Counted from the stretch's first letter, positions 1 to 12,795 are shown. The stretch is 64,000 bases of DNA from Eledone cirrhosa (GCA_964016885.1 OZ024741.1:277946001-278010000); one strand, 5' to 3'. Numbers and translations: made by a program. Notes: generated from the sequence alone by a model not told the origin.

Positions 1-428
1 GTCCCCGTAAATAATTATTCCTCCAAAGTTACTCATACAATTAATCTTGTATGTCATTTGTACATACATGCTGAACATTTATGATATTATATCATGGAAA
101 TATATTATTAACATCATTTTAATCTTTAATCACTTCATTGTGTCAGTAATCTGCATAGACATAAACTATAAAATTTCTCTGATGTAAGCCCTAAAATTAT
201 CAAAACACCTATTTCCCAGTTTGTATGGTTGTTCATATATCCAGTAACCTCGGTATACATGACATGCCAATCTTGGACTTTAAAATTCAACATTATTGTT
301 GCTATGGGTCCACTAATGTTATATAAGAAATAGCTGCTTAACAAAACCCGTTGGATAGGGCTGCCAACTGCACCCAGAACATCGAGCGGTTATTAGTCAA
401 CAAATCGATATGTTTATATATCGATATT

Positions 429-491
<63 letters not shown>

Positions 492-541
492 TGTATATAT
501 ATATATATACATGTTTGAATAATATGATGTACTATATATAT

Positions 542-2413
542 TGTTCTGAGTATATCTGTGTTCGGAATTGTATGTTTGACGATACTACTTGCTCTTGTTT
601 GCATATATATAACAGGACACTGGGTTGTATGTACAATGTTTATTTAACAAGGTTGAGCTATGTAGAGCAGAATAGTTGACATGCCAAGAGAGATGAAAGG
701 ATGAATTAAAGAGGTCTTTACATTACCATGTTCAGGTTGCCAGAGAGTATACCCTCGGCGGAACGCACCTGGCCGAAGGGTCAGGCAGGTTAAAAGAGAG
801 TTAGCTTCGGCTCTCTCCTTTATAGTTCCCTCGGGCGGAAGTCCCTAAGAAGGTTCTGCAACCTCAACGGGAAGTAACTCCAGCTACTTCCTGTCTAGAG
901 AGCGCTACAGGACTCCCCTCCCAGACGAGAAGTCGAATGACCAAATGAAATCATTGTAGCGAGAACACGAGGAGCAAGGCAAAAGGTACAAGAACATGAA
1001 TGAACAAAACATGAGCAAGCAAATACCAAAATGAGCATGCAAAAATTAATGATAGATATCAAGGTAGCCAACCGCGCTTGGATAGAGAACAACTGGGCAT
1101 CTATCTATCCATCACACAAAGACACAATGTAATCAACCTAAGAAGAAACGTGCAAAGAAACGTGCTCGAACATAGTTATTAAAAAAAAAGCTCAAATGTT
1201 CAAAAATAAAGTTAACATGACAGCAGGAAAGAGAGTGTGTCACCAAGAGAATATATGCAGGTGGTTTCTGGACTGTGGTACAACGTGAAATTCCCAACCT
1301 CCGAAGACGGTGGGATTTTCTCACAGGAAGAGTGCTGCAAAAATAAATTCTTTGTGTTTTGTTCTGCTGGTTTTGGTTGTTAATAAAGCAAAGATGAAGC
1401 TGTGCTGTTGTTGTCTCGCGGAGTGAGCCTATTCGATGTTGTTTCCATTCACAGTAAAAAGTTTCCCAGAAAAAATGAGTTGCGCAAAGTGCTAGAAATA
1501 ACAGCCAAAGTTGATGGTCGATGTTGAGAACGCGTTGACTTGAATGGGTCAAGAGGCCAGCAACCATAGAAATAATCATTCTGAATAAATGCGCAGTTTT
1601 CAACAGTAAATTTACGTGGTAAATTTTTAAACCGGCAAATCGGAGAATATAGCTTAAGGCTGGAGAATCCTTGGCAAGAAACATTATCTATGGCGTGTGT
1701 TATCTCAGTGAGTCGAGATGTGTGCTCTCACACGTACCGAAACAAGGTTGAAAAAAAAAATTTCTATTGCGCGAGAAAATGGCGCGAAAATGATAGTGCA
1801 ACAGGTCGTTGGCAGCCATTTTGAAAGATTTGTGTGTGAACGTGATAATATGATGAAAAAGAAGGAAAGGCTATATTCACTTTGTATATAGCGAGAGATC
1901 AATTTTTTTTTTTGAAAGTGATGAAAAAGTAGCGAAAAAGGCTTTGTTGAATGAGTAAGCTAGCTGTGATGTTCATCAAAATTGACATGTTGAATATAAG
2001 AATACAGGAGTCCAAGTCTTTTTGAGTGTTCGTTGTGAGACGGACGATGGATATATCCAGTGATTGAAACATTTAAACGATGTAAACACGTGAGGTGAAA
2101 AGCAAAATTTGTTCTTGTTTGTTTGCTGCTGAGGAAAAGTTTACTTATATTTTTCGTTGTAGAAAAAATCCATGTGGAATGTTGTTAGAGGAATTTTTTC
2201 TTTTTGAAATACTGCTAATTAATTTTCTTTTTTTCATTCCACATGGATTTTTTCTACAACGAAAAATATAAGTAAACTTTTCCTCAGCAGCAAACAAACA
2301 AGAACAAATTTTGCTTTTCACCTCCTTTATAGTTCCCTCGGGCGGAAGTCCCTAAGAAGGTTCTGCAACCTCAACGGGAAGTAACTCCAGCTACTTCATG
2401 TCTAGAGAGCGCT

Positions 2414-2416
<3 letters not shown>
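542..2416 (-). mobile_element. Non-autonomous LTR retroelement remnant related to the Gypsy at 34111-39269 (3' LTR ~542-909, truncated 5' LTR 2322-2416)
   Basis: A ~95-bp direct repeat ending ...GAGAGCGCTACA lies at 815-909 and 2322-2416 (TG start on the minus strand). A polypurine tract GGGAGGGGAGTCC lies at 910-922 (minus). The LTR end and 910-1040 resemble 34450-34625. No recognisable coding sequence. Left boundary approximate. Confidence 0.7.
2092..2324. repeat. 90-bp inverted repeat (2092-2181 / 2235-2324), 53-bp spacer
   Basis: GAGGTGAAAAGC...CCATGTGGAATG and its reverse complement; the second arm fuses to the LTR piece via CTC microhomology. Confidence 0.9.
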
Positions 2417-2461
<45 letters not shown>

Positions 2462-2497
2462 TTTTTTTAAAATATATATATATATATATATATATAA

Positions 2498-4020
2498 AAG
2501 AGAAAACACAGGTAAGCATTAAGAGAAGGATTTTATCCAGGTATTTACGACCGTTTCATTGGTAAGTGCAACCTTATATTGCTATACTGCAAATAGCAGC
2601 CACTCAATTATAATTGTTGTTCACGTTCAAATTTTCAAAATAGTGAGTAAGTTACTCTTGAAATAGTTCTTAATATATAGAAAAACATTTTTTTGGAATT
2701 GTATTTACTAGTATAGAGAGAAAAGAAGAGGAATTAGAAAGTGGGGGGACAAACGGAATAGTATAGAGAGAGAGGAAGGGGGAGAAGAGTTAGGAAGTAG
2801 AGTGACAAACTGAGATGGAGGGAGGGGTAGAGGTGGAAGGATTCCTTGATCAGTTTTGACATGTAGACTTCATGTCGTCGATTTAAAGTGTAGTGAGTTA
2901 AAGAGAATTAAATTGTTTATAGTGGGAGGGATGGAGAGAGAGAGAGGGGGAGAGATAGAGAGATAAATATATATATAAAAATTAAAAATAAAAATAAAAA
3001 TAAAGAAGGTGGGGGGAGAAAGAAGAAAAGAAAAGATAGCCAAAAAGGGGAGAGAAGAAAGGAAGAAAACGAAAAGAAATAGAAAAGGAATGAAGGAGAA
3101 GGGAGGGATATATGTATTGGTTTTTGTGGGTAATTAAAGGGGTTAGATACAATAAGAGGGTAGAAAGTCTAACTATATGCAGTTTGTCAGGTGGTAGTAA
3201 GAGGTTAAGGGTTCGATTTGCACTTGTAGTGCGAAAACTACTGTGCATTGGTAAACCAGGTTAGACTGCATACATTCATTATGTAATGGACAGGTTTCAG
3301 GTAGGTGGCAGTTACAATTCTTGTCATGGGCAACTTTGGCATTATTGGTGGGCTGCGATGCCTGTACAAGTGTGTTACGTTTTGTTTGCCTATTAGTGGG
3401 TGGTTGTGTATTAGATATTCTGTTGTGTTCAATGGTGATTGTATTGTTATTGTTATACATTTGTGTTCTGGTGTTGTTATGTATCTTTTTAGCGTTAAGC
3501 ATCTTAATGTGTGCCTCTATGTTTGGTGCCGTGGAGTAAGATAGTCTAATAGATTTAGTGTTAAGGATTTTGCTGTATCTATGTGAATCTGGAAAGTGCT
3601 TATTTATTATTCTAAAGAAGGTAGAGGGTAGGTTAGTACTATTAGAGGTGTTAAATATGGGGTTATACCAAATATATTTTCTACTGCGTAACTTGTTTGA
3701 TTTCGATGTTGTATTTCTATTTACAGTATAATTTGTAGTTCTATGCGTAAATGCGTGTGTACGTATGTTTCTGGAGTTTGTGTTATGCGTGTTCGTGTGC
3801 GCTTTGCGGAGGCTCTCATCTATATATTCTACTCTATTTAAGTGGCCTGCCTTGTCTAATGCGGTATTGTAGTATTCTGTATGTTCCTCAAAGATTTGTC
3901 GGTTAGACGAGAGGCGGGAGATCCTAAGGGATATGCTGCGTGGAATGGATGTAATTATGGATAGTGGGTGGTTTGAGTTACAGTTGATGTACGCTAAGTT
4001 TTCATTAATCTTGTGATTAT
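2498..4020 (-). mobile_element. Degenerate Penelope-like element fragment (RT thumb, Cys-rich linker, start of GIY-YIG endonuclease, 3' region)
   Basis: Minus-strand YINCNSNHP (~3962-3990) and CNCHLPETCPLHNECMQSNLVYQC (ORF 3173-3502); (TA)n on both sides. Confidence 0.75.
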
Positions 4021-4054
4021 AAGTATATATCTTATAAGTATATATATCTTATAA

Positions 4055-4089
<35 letters not shown>

Positions 4090-4227
4090 CAAAAGGGATA
4101 TTCAATTTGTTGGTAATTCAACAAATATAAATGTTTATAACTGATTCAGAGCACTCGACAGAATTTCTGGAGTATAATATTCAATGATATTAAATAAATG
4201 GAAACTATATTTATAAAACCATATTTA

Positions 4228-4283
4228 TTCTATTATATATATTTCAAGGTTACCAAAACTTTGGTACGCTTTCATCAGAGTTT
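4228..4283 (-). ncRNA. Hammerhead ribozyme-like motif (weak stem I)
   Basis: Minus: CTGATGA, stem II (AAG/CTT, TACCAAA/TTTGGTA), GAAA, TATAT, ATA, then AATAAA. Same family as 9689-9749. Confidence 0.55.
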
Positions 4284-4389
4284 GTTCATACAAAGTTTGT
4301 TTTATAAATTTTGACACAACCAAGAAAAAGATACCTTAACGGTTCAAGTTTTCCTTGGATAGTCCTCTCCAAGGAAAACTTGAACCGTT

Positions 4390-4453
<64 letters not shown>

Positions 4454-4793
4454 AGACTGGGACTCCAGTTCCATCGTGGGAATGCACACATGAATTGCAT
4501 ATGCATTATGCAACTTGTGGTGTAGCTTCCAGGCGGTCCCAGAAACCTATCGAAGGTTTTTATCGATTCTAATCGACTTAAAATGGTCATGGTTAGTATT
4601 CAGCCTATCTGTATTTATCGTTGTTGTGGTATAAGTATGACCACTACCATTAGTCCTTTTTCTTGGTGTCACACTTTATTAATTGTCGTGTTTACTTCTC
4701 GCTCCACTGAGTGCTTTGTGATTGCCGCAAACAATTCGATTAGTACCTGCTATATTGCGGCTATAACTTCGATTCATACCCAATATTATATAT

Positions 4794-4832
<39 letters not shown>

Positions 4833-4952
4833 GGTGTGTGTGTGTGTATGTATATAGTGTATATATGTGTAATGTATATGTATATATATTTAGGTTGGTT
4901 ATTGGTAGTGAGTAGACGGCTTGGAGCAATAACGGTCTTATTTACGGATATA

Positions 4953-4988
<36 letters not shown>

Positions 4989-4990
<2 letters not shown>

Positions 4991-5087
4991 CCAATGATGG
5001 TTGGCAAATCACTGACGAGGGACTAATTTTATCATATGTAACCCATGTGCAACCACGCAGTATTCCTCTTTCTTCTCATGTTTTTTA
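4989..5087 (+). repeat. Penelope pLTR-like repeat, family C (other copies 8362-8458 + and 14157-14257 -)
   Basis: ~95-bp near-identical block CCAATGATGGTT..CACTGACGAGGGAC..CTCATGTTTTT; each copy abuts (TA)n. Confidence 0.65.
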
Positions 5088-5469
5088 TACATATTTACCT
5101 CGGCTGCGTTTGTCTGTTTCTCTCTTTCTCTCTTACTGCTCCCCCGTTCTCCCTGTTTCTCTCACCTTCTTTCGCCCCCTCTGTCAGTTACACTTTCTCT
5201 CGACTGACCTCTTCCTCGCACTTCCACTCATTCACTCTCTGTTTCTCCCCTTCTCACTTCCTCCCGTTTGGTTAATAGTGGGGTCCTTTCTTGCTCACAT
5301 CTCACTCAAGTCGGACGGTCTGTATTCTGATCGCTCATGAAATTCACCCAGCATATGCTGACCGGATAACCATGTTGCTTGTTTTTTTCCTATCTTCGGT
5401 TTGCTTTTATCCTTCTATGTTGTTTACTTGTCTCACTCGCTTTACGCGACTCACTTGTCCCAATAGCTT

Positions 5470-8303
5470 TTTAGCAGTGTAGCAGTATGAAGGTCGTTAG
5501 TGTGGCAGTGTCCAGTGTAGATGTGGCCAGTGGTCACAGTGTGGTAAAGTGATAGTATCCTCGTTGGATTGTCTTGTCGACATAGACGCGAGGGAAGGTC
5601 CCTCGATCTATTTACCATCTTTGTATTTACAATATTCCTTTCGTCAGGTCGCCAATTCCAGCAGCATGGATTATAGATGTTATTGAGACACGAGTAACAT
5701 AATAATGATTTCAACAGCAGAAATTAGAGATGAAATGTATGTTTATTTTTGATGTAGCACAAACAATGTTTGTTAACGTATATGGTTGAAGTTACAGATA
5801 AAAAAAGGTTACAAAAGGGAATGTGCCCTTGCGCCGGAAAGCCGGCGAGGCTAGGGGTGCAAAATCTCACCGTTACATTGTGCGTGTTGCTGGTTCGAAG
5901 TTCCTGGTACAAGAGATAGATTCTTCAAATCCTCGCGGTGAATTTCTTCCTCAGGGCGCGTAGGGATACATCCTCTTCTACTGGCGCTGATTGGCTGAAT
6001 TGAGCCACATCACGCACAGAGAATGTATGTGAGCCCGCGGAATGTAGGTCACTACAATACCTCCGAGCAGAATTTTAACCGAAAATCGTAAACGAAGAAG
6101 CCAAGGACCCACAAGGAAGTCGATACAGATCATTGAATCAGCAAGAACAAATGCTGAAAGAGCACATCAGTGAAAAAATAATTGAGCAGAAGGCTGCATG
6201 CAAGAAAAAAAATGAGGCGCTACGGGCCGTGTTGAGCCGCTGTGTCAAATGACCAGCTGTTTTGTTGTTCATACGTGACCAGTAAAGGTCTAACAAAAAC
6301 GGATAAAGTCTGACATGGGCGAAGTTGCTGTTCTTGCATTTAATGTTAATGGTAAGTGCTGTACCAGTAGCTGTGGACGAAGCTATCATGGTAGTTTACC
6401 AGTGCTGGCAAGAAGATGATGGGTAGGCGAGACAATGTTGGCCTCCCAGATGTATTGCCGAATGTGCTAGGGAGCCAGGAAAAAATGGCTGGTTTCTTTG
6501 AAAAGAAAAAAAGCAAGTTTAATCTGTAGGTGGGTGCAGTGTAAATTCCATAATTCGGGCGAATCCACAGAAGTGGCCGAAATGCTGACAAGTCCAGTTC
6601 TATTTGCTGTTTTCCCAGCGAGTCGGGCAAAAACAGCAAGACGAAGGCCGTCATGGACGATCAGTGTGCAACGAGATGCAAAACTGTTTGAGCTCAGCTG
6701 CAATTAGTATTCTCGTGTTGCGGTACCTGTTTGAATCCAAGTGGATTAAGCTCTGTGAGCTGCTAGCATGTGACAGCATCTCAACCAGGTGAAAAGGGAC
6801 TCGCAGAATATTACGTTTGAAGAACATATACCAAGAACAACATGTTGGTGTGTGACAAAAAAAAAATGTGTGCATATGCAGGCATGTAAAACAACAAAGT
6901 ATGTGAATGAACAAAAACCATGAGCAAGCAAATAGCAAAAGAGCACAAAACAAGTAAATGGATTCTACAAAGAAATATGTGAATGTAACAAACTGATAAT
7001 TCAAAGTCAATCTAAGGGAGCAGAGAAATTGCTCAATGATAAGTTCAAAGTTTTTCAAAGTCAAATAGTTCACACATCACCAGTGTACAGACTTTCTGAC
7101 ACTAGTTCTATCTGAAAACTGAAAAAGAAGTTTGTTAATGCCGTTAGGAGTTAGATGTATGGTATTTTTGAGAGTTTTCGTGGCCATTTTACCGTCCCGC
7201 CACCTTGTGTGACATAAGGTTGTGTTGCTTGTTGTTAAAGCAAAGTCAATGAATCTTCTGTAGAGTAGCAGTCACCAACATGGCAGCCACGTCTGACGCC
7301 ATAATGGTGAGAAAACTACTCTCTCAATTTCTCGAGTCCCTGTGGTAACGAGACAGAAGGTATGGTGGTTGCGTCGGTAAAGTTACAAGCCGTTTTGAAA
7401 TTTCCGATGTGTGGTGGTTTGCGTCGGTAAGGCTATGAAGCTGCCATCTCACCATTCCCTGTCGTTGGTCAGTGGCTAAACAATGCTGTCGCTGCTGCTG
7501 CTGTCGTTGTTGTTGTCGAGTGTAGCCAGGACTTGTCGGTAGCCATCTTGAAATTTCCTCGTGGCGAAAAGTTTCTGAAATACTGCTAATTTTTCAAAAA
7601 ATTTTGAAAGGAATATATTGTATTTTCGCAAGTTGCGAAAAGGTTGGCAACGTGGCAATAAAAGTTCAACTGAATAAAAAAAGAAGGCTGCGTTAAATTC
7701 TTACGTCGGTCACCACTTTAGTAGTGTAGCAGTATGTAGTCGTTTAGTGTGGCAGTGTCCAGTGTAGATGTGGCCAGTGGTCACAGTGTGGTAAAGTGAT
7801 AGTATCCTCGCTGGATTGTCTTGTCGACATAGACGTGAAGGAAGGTCCCTCGATCTATTTACCATCTTTGTATTTACAATATTCCTTTCGTCAGGTCGCC
7901 AATTCCAGCAGCATGGATTATAGATGTTATTGAGACACGAGTAACATAATAATGATTTCAACAGCAGAAATTAGAGATGAAATGTATGTTTATTTTTGAT
8001 GTAGCACAAACAATGTTTGTTAACTTATATGGTTGAAGTTACAGATAAAAAAAGGTTACAAAAGGGAATGTGCCCTTGCGCCGGAAAGCCGGCGAGGCTA
8101 GGGGTGCAAAATCTCACCGTTACATTGTGCGTGTTGCTGGTTCAAAGTTCCTGGTACAAGAGATAGATTCTTCAAATCCTCGCGGGGAATTTCTTCCTCA
8201 GAGCGCGTAGGGATACATCCTCTTCTACTGGCGCTGATTGGCTGAACTGAGCCAAATCACGCACAGAGAATGTATGTGAGCCCGCGGAATGTAGGTCACT
8301 ACA
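5470..8303 (-). mobile_element. Structurally intact non-autonomous LTR retroelement (TRIM/LARD-like, Gypsy-derived); LTRs 5470-6056 and 7717-8303
   Basis: Two near-identical 587-bp LTRs (minus TGTAG...CTAAA). 4-bp TSD GCTT at 5466-5469 and 8304-8307. PBS TGGTGACCGACGT at 7703-7715 (minus), tRNA-Trp-like. The interior has no gag/pol ORF, but 6910-7225 matches the integrase C-terminus/3' UTR of the Gypsy (34590-34913). Confidence 0.9.
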
Positions 8304-8450
8304 GCTTCTTTTAGTTATTGCTCGCACCAACCTGAGGTATATGATTTTTAATGCGATGAAATACCAATGATGGTTAGCAAATCACTGACGAGGGACTAAT
8401 TTTATAATATGTAACCCATGTGCAACCACGCAGTATTCCTCTTTCTTCTC

Positions 8451-8572
<122 letters not shown>

Positions 8573-8574
8573 AA

Positions 8575-9620
8575 AGAAGAGACATATATCATAAGAGTGG
8601 GAGAGAAAGAATTATGATATAATATATTTCACGCCAATAGCCGAAGCGAAGTGTGCTCAATGCTTAGCGATGCAATGTTAAATATTAAATATAATAGAAA
8701 GATTAATATTTAATGAGAGTTAAACGCAGAAGGTAAGCAGAGCAGTATAATAAAAATAAATGGAGGAGAAGGCACTATATTCAAAAACAATATTTACTTC
8801 TTACACGGTGTTTCATCTATGCAACATCAATATAACAATTCAATACATATATGTGTGTACGTATGCATATATATTGTCCGATGGAAGCATAACTATACGC
8901 TCCCCTCATACACGTATTAACAACAGAGCTGAAACCGTAATAAATTATCAACATAGGCTTCCCTACTCTTTCTCTAACAGGGTCTTTGACCCTATATAAC
9001 CATCTTAATGCTCACCCCATTTTCTCCCCACTCGACCTTAAAATAGACCCCCCTATTAGCTACTTCCTATAGATTATCCAGATTATCTAAATCACTGCTA
9101 CTCATAATTAGTTACTTAATTGATACTGTAAACATAGTTCCACAGCACACCACATAACATCTACTCTTTCAATGTCCCTTAACTTGGCCTGTTATAATTA
9201 AAAAATACCTGCCCCCCGCATTTTTTCTAAAATATGCACCATAGTTACTTCCCTTAGATATGCCCCTTTGTAACCGTCATTTTAGATTTACAAATTAGAC
9301 CTAATTTCAAATCGTTCGATCTAAGATATGCACTCTGATGTATTTTTATCTTTGAATAATTATTCTAGTAATGGTAAATTTCATTCGCTGTTATATAAAT
9401 TGGACTACCTTCCAGTAACATCATTAAAAACAATGTTTCTTCTCTGAAGATTCTATAAAAATATTCTTTATAACAATATATATGTATATATGCATACGTT
9501 CACACATATATGTATAGAACTGTTATATTGATGTTGCGTAGATGAAACACCGTGTAAGGAGTAAATTTTGTTTTTGAATATATTGCCTTCTCCTCCATTC
9601 ATTTTTGCTTTTTGCTTATA
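8575..9620 (+). mobile_element. 5'-truncated Penelope-like insertion with inverted terminal segment (~8750-8873 / ~9486-9610)
   Basis: INNRAETVINYQHR (ORF 8760-8999) resembles the GIY-YIG C-terminus at 49745-49840; ~120-bp inverted repeat; hammerhead motif in the 3' part; microsatellite flanks. Confidence 0.65.
9439..9561 (+). ncRNA. Hammerhead ribozyme motif with very long stem/loop II
   Basis: CTTCT, CTGAAGA (9444-9450), ~93 nt, GAAA (9544-9547), CACCGTG, TA, AGGAG; stem I CTTCT/AGGAG with one G-U; GUA cleavage triplet. Confidence 0.5.
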
Positions 9621-9688
9621 TATATATATATATATATATATATACGATATTAAACAAATGGAAACTATATTTATAAAACCATATTTAT

Positions 9689-9749
9689 TTCATTATACAT
9701 ATTTCAGGGATACCATATTAAAAATATGGCATGCCTTCTTCAGATAAAA
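9689..9749 (-). ncRNA. Type I hammerhead ribozyme motif
   Basis: Minus: TTTAT, CTGAAGA, AGG..GCCATAT/ATATGGT..CCT, GAAA, TATGT, ATA, ATGAA; AATAAA immediately downstream. Confidence 0.7.
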
Positions 9750-10035
9750 TACAATATATAAGCAGTTTTATAAATAAATTTGACGTACCATAAATATTGA
9801 TCAACTTTTATGTAAGAAGTTGGTTTGGTAGTGAGATGTTTATAAATATTTAGTGTTAAGCACAGTTAGAAAGAAAGACGGAGAAAAGGAAGAAATGTAT
9901 GTAAAGAAAAACAGAGAGAGATAGAGAGAGATAGGGGAGAGAGAAATAGTGAGGAGGTGAAAAATGAGAGGCAGCTGAGGCAACAGATGAATAATAATAA
10001 TTCATCATACAAATTGAGAGATTTAGGTGGGAGGT

Positions 10036-10790
10036 AACTCTGGCCGATGTTAGGGCAGTCTATCCCGGACAAATTTTGATCTGTTACAAGATGCGGTTAC
10101 AACTTTACCATTGTCGATACGCACGATGCGATCTTTGCCTCATGGAGCTCTACCACATCATAACTGCACCCCACGAGATCATCAACAGCAGAGCTGAAAC
10201 AGCGATAAGTTGTACACATCGCTTAAAAATATTCTTCTTCAGATGGGTTAAGGATGAGGAGTGAAACCGTGCACCGGATCTCCCTGCAACAAGTTTTAAC
10301 ACCCCGGCGGGCAGGCGCTGCAAAATAACACCCAGGAAACTAACCATGCATACCAGACCCAGCCTCAAACGACCCAGACAAACAGGTGCGACAAACAAAC
10401 GTTTCAAAATAAGCGTTGGTTACATGACCCTGTGCGTATCGACAATGGTAAGGTTGTAACCGCATCTTGTAACGGATAAAAATTTATCCGGGAAAGACTG
10501 CCCTAACACCGACCAAAATCAAAACACGCTATTTTTGCGAGCAATGAACCTTGACGTGGATTTAACCCCAAAAACTCTTTCCGAGCAATGTAAGGAACAC
10601 TTTTTGGTTATTTATGCTCTTGAGAAGTCCAAACTGGGCGAAACGTACGTAGGTGGTGTTTTAAATAAACATGTTTTAACGGTCTATTCTCCGATTTCTT
10701 ACTTTTCCACGTGCTTACGCTCTGCTAACTCTCTAGCCCACTAAATATTAACACTTCGAATATTTAATACTGCCGGCACTAGTATCGAGC
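10036..10790 (+). mobile_element. 5'-truncated Penelope-like insertion with inverted 5' segment (10036-10124 / 10432-10520) and degenerate hammerhead (~10615-10655)
   Basis: CDLCLMELYHIITAPHEIINSRAETAISCTHR is a Penelope GIY-YIG C-terminus. GTCC-AAACT-GGGC-GAAA-CGTACG-TA follows a damaged CUGANGA box. Confidence 0.7.
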
Positions 10791-10858
10791 ACCTTTGGCA
10801 GACGTTACTTGGCAAATAACTATATGTATCACCTATCCTCCCCTTTTTTTCTCTCTCT

Positions 10859-10871
10859 CGATACGTAAATA

Positions 10872-10937
<66 letters not shown>

Positions 10938-11095
10938 TATTTACGTATCGATACTGCCAATCCACCGCCCTTTTATTGGGCCGTATGAGACAACCAATAA
11001 TACACCTTACTATATAACAACTATATATATATATATATATATATAGTTGTTATATAGTAAGGTGTATTATTGGTTGTCTCATACGGCCCAATAAA
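10859..11095. repeat. Two adjacent palindromes centred on (TA)n (arms 10859-10874/10935-10950 and 10972-11021/11046-11095)
   Basis: Arms are exact reverse complements by eye; a 24-bp inverted SINE head lies between them. Confidence 0.9.
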
Positions 11096-11528
11096 CTTTT
11101 GTTAGCAATATTAAGTTCTCCACGCTTTTGTATATCTCCAATTACATTTATGGGAACAGCTAGATGATGTAAAACGGAGTATTTGTTTCAAAATAAAGAT
11201 CCGAAGGCATGGTATAAATTTCCAATCATTTTAATCGCGACACATAAGAGATAGATCGATCGTGTGGTCATGATCGATTATCACTGATCTCATCAGGTGA
11301 ATAATGAAATGTCTTCAAATCTTTGAAGTTCTGTTCCCCATATGAAGAATCAGCAGCCAAAACACGCCAATTGCTATCGTCTTCAGTCAGGGTCATAAAT
11401 CTATCAAGTCTCTATTATCTCTCAATAGCTGTAAAAGATGCTGGACAGGTCTAATATCAGCATCAAATCTGTAGAATTTCGGTCGGTCAACACAATTAGT
11501 GTGAGTGAGTACACACACACTCACACTT

Positions 11529-11722
11529 AAGGGCGGTGGATTGGCAGTATCGGTAGAGGGTCGGACGTCATGCTTTGACGCATAGAGTTACGGCCCTTTC
11601 CATTCTGAGTTCAAATCCCGCCGAGGTCAACTTTGCTTTTCATCCTTATGGGGTCGATAAAATAAAGTACCAGTAATGTACTGCGTAATTGCTGGCCTTG
11701 TGCCAAAAGTAGAAACAATTAT
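11529..11722 (+). mobile_element. tRNA-derived SINE family 1 (other copies ~18535-18755 +, 19105-19300 -, 29147-29342 +, 29368-29560 +, 33523-33704 +, 39975-40160 +, 46403-46610 -, 55977-56145 +, 59511-59680 +)
   Basis: A-box-like TGGCAGTATCGG, B-box GAGTTCAAATCC, shared body CTTTGCCTTTCATCCTTACGGGGTCGATAAAATAAAGTACCAG, (ATT)n tail. Confidence 0.85.
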
Positions 11723-11959
11723 TATATTTACACTCTGTTTAGTTCTACACCTCGTTACAGACGGGAAACTACGCATCGAATGCTCACTCGGGTGAACCTA
11801 CAGTAACTTCACGTTTATATATATAAACTTACACGCCCATGTACATTCCTACACAAACACGTACATTCCCTTATATAGAGAGATATACGTACACATCCTA
11901 AGATATACACATATATGCATCCCTAGTTATATACACACACGCCAATATTCTTATAAAAT

Positions 11960-12645
11960 AAAAAAAAGGGGGAACAGATGAACCACCAGGTGGGATGGTA
12001 TACCTTATTAAAGAATGAATAAGGGAGATGATGTGGGCAATTCATTATTAATTCGATGCTTCAATTCAAAGGATTTTGGATCGACATTGTGATAAAATAC
12101 GCCTCCGAGAGATATAATCGACAAAACGTCTTATTGCCATTATAAGGAATAGATATACCCAGAATTTCTCATTAAAGTTTATAGTTAAACTAGTTGTATA
12201 TCTTGCTAAGGAGGTAGCATACTTAAGCTTATTGTTTTTAAACGAGCGGAAGTGAGAATTATGCCAGGTCTTAAATGGATTCGCTGTGGTTCCAATATAG
12301 AAACTAGTAGAGTGTTGTGTTCTTACAGTTCAGTTATATACTATAATATTCAGTTATATACTATAATATTTGTTAGGCAGAATCCGTTGAGGGGACAATT
12401 AGTGGGAACTCTACAGTTACAGTCCAGGTTAGAGAAAGGAGTAGCAGTTTCTGAAGGATTTAAAGTATTCTCACCATTGTCCCCTAATTGATTCAATGCA
12501 TTACCTATGTTAGTGGAATTAGTATTATGTAGATTATGTTGAAATGCATCATTGTTATTTGTAGAGGAGTTATGCTTAGAAAGTTTCCGGTGATTGTTGA
12601 ATGTTATATAATCGGCTAAGTTAAGGGTGGTTGAAACAGATAGGG
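11960..12645 (-). mobile_element. Degenerate Penelope-like linker/GIY-YIG fragment
   Basis: CNCRVPTNCPLNGFCLTNIIVY in ORF 12350-12778; same motif class as at 3173-3502 and ~50120-50190. Confidence 0.7.
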
Positions 12646-12795
12646 AGCGTATATATATATACCCATATATCAATGTCTGTATATAGATATTGATTATGTG
12701 AATTGTTTCATATAACTCCTTTGAAACATGTGTAAGGAAATAAATATGATTTAAAAGATGATTTTCCCCCACACACATACATTTATATATACGTA

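Noticed and set aside
1133-1684. 183-aa ORF inside the LTR remnant
   Set aside because: No recognisable gag/pol/env or other motif.
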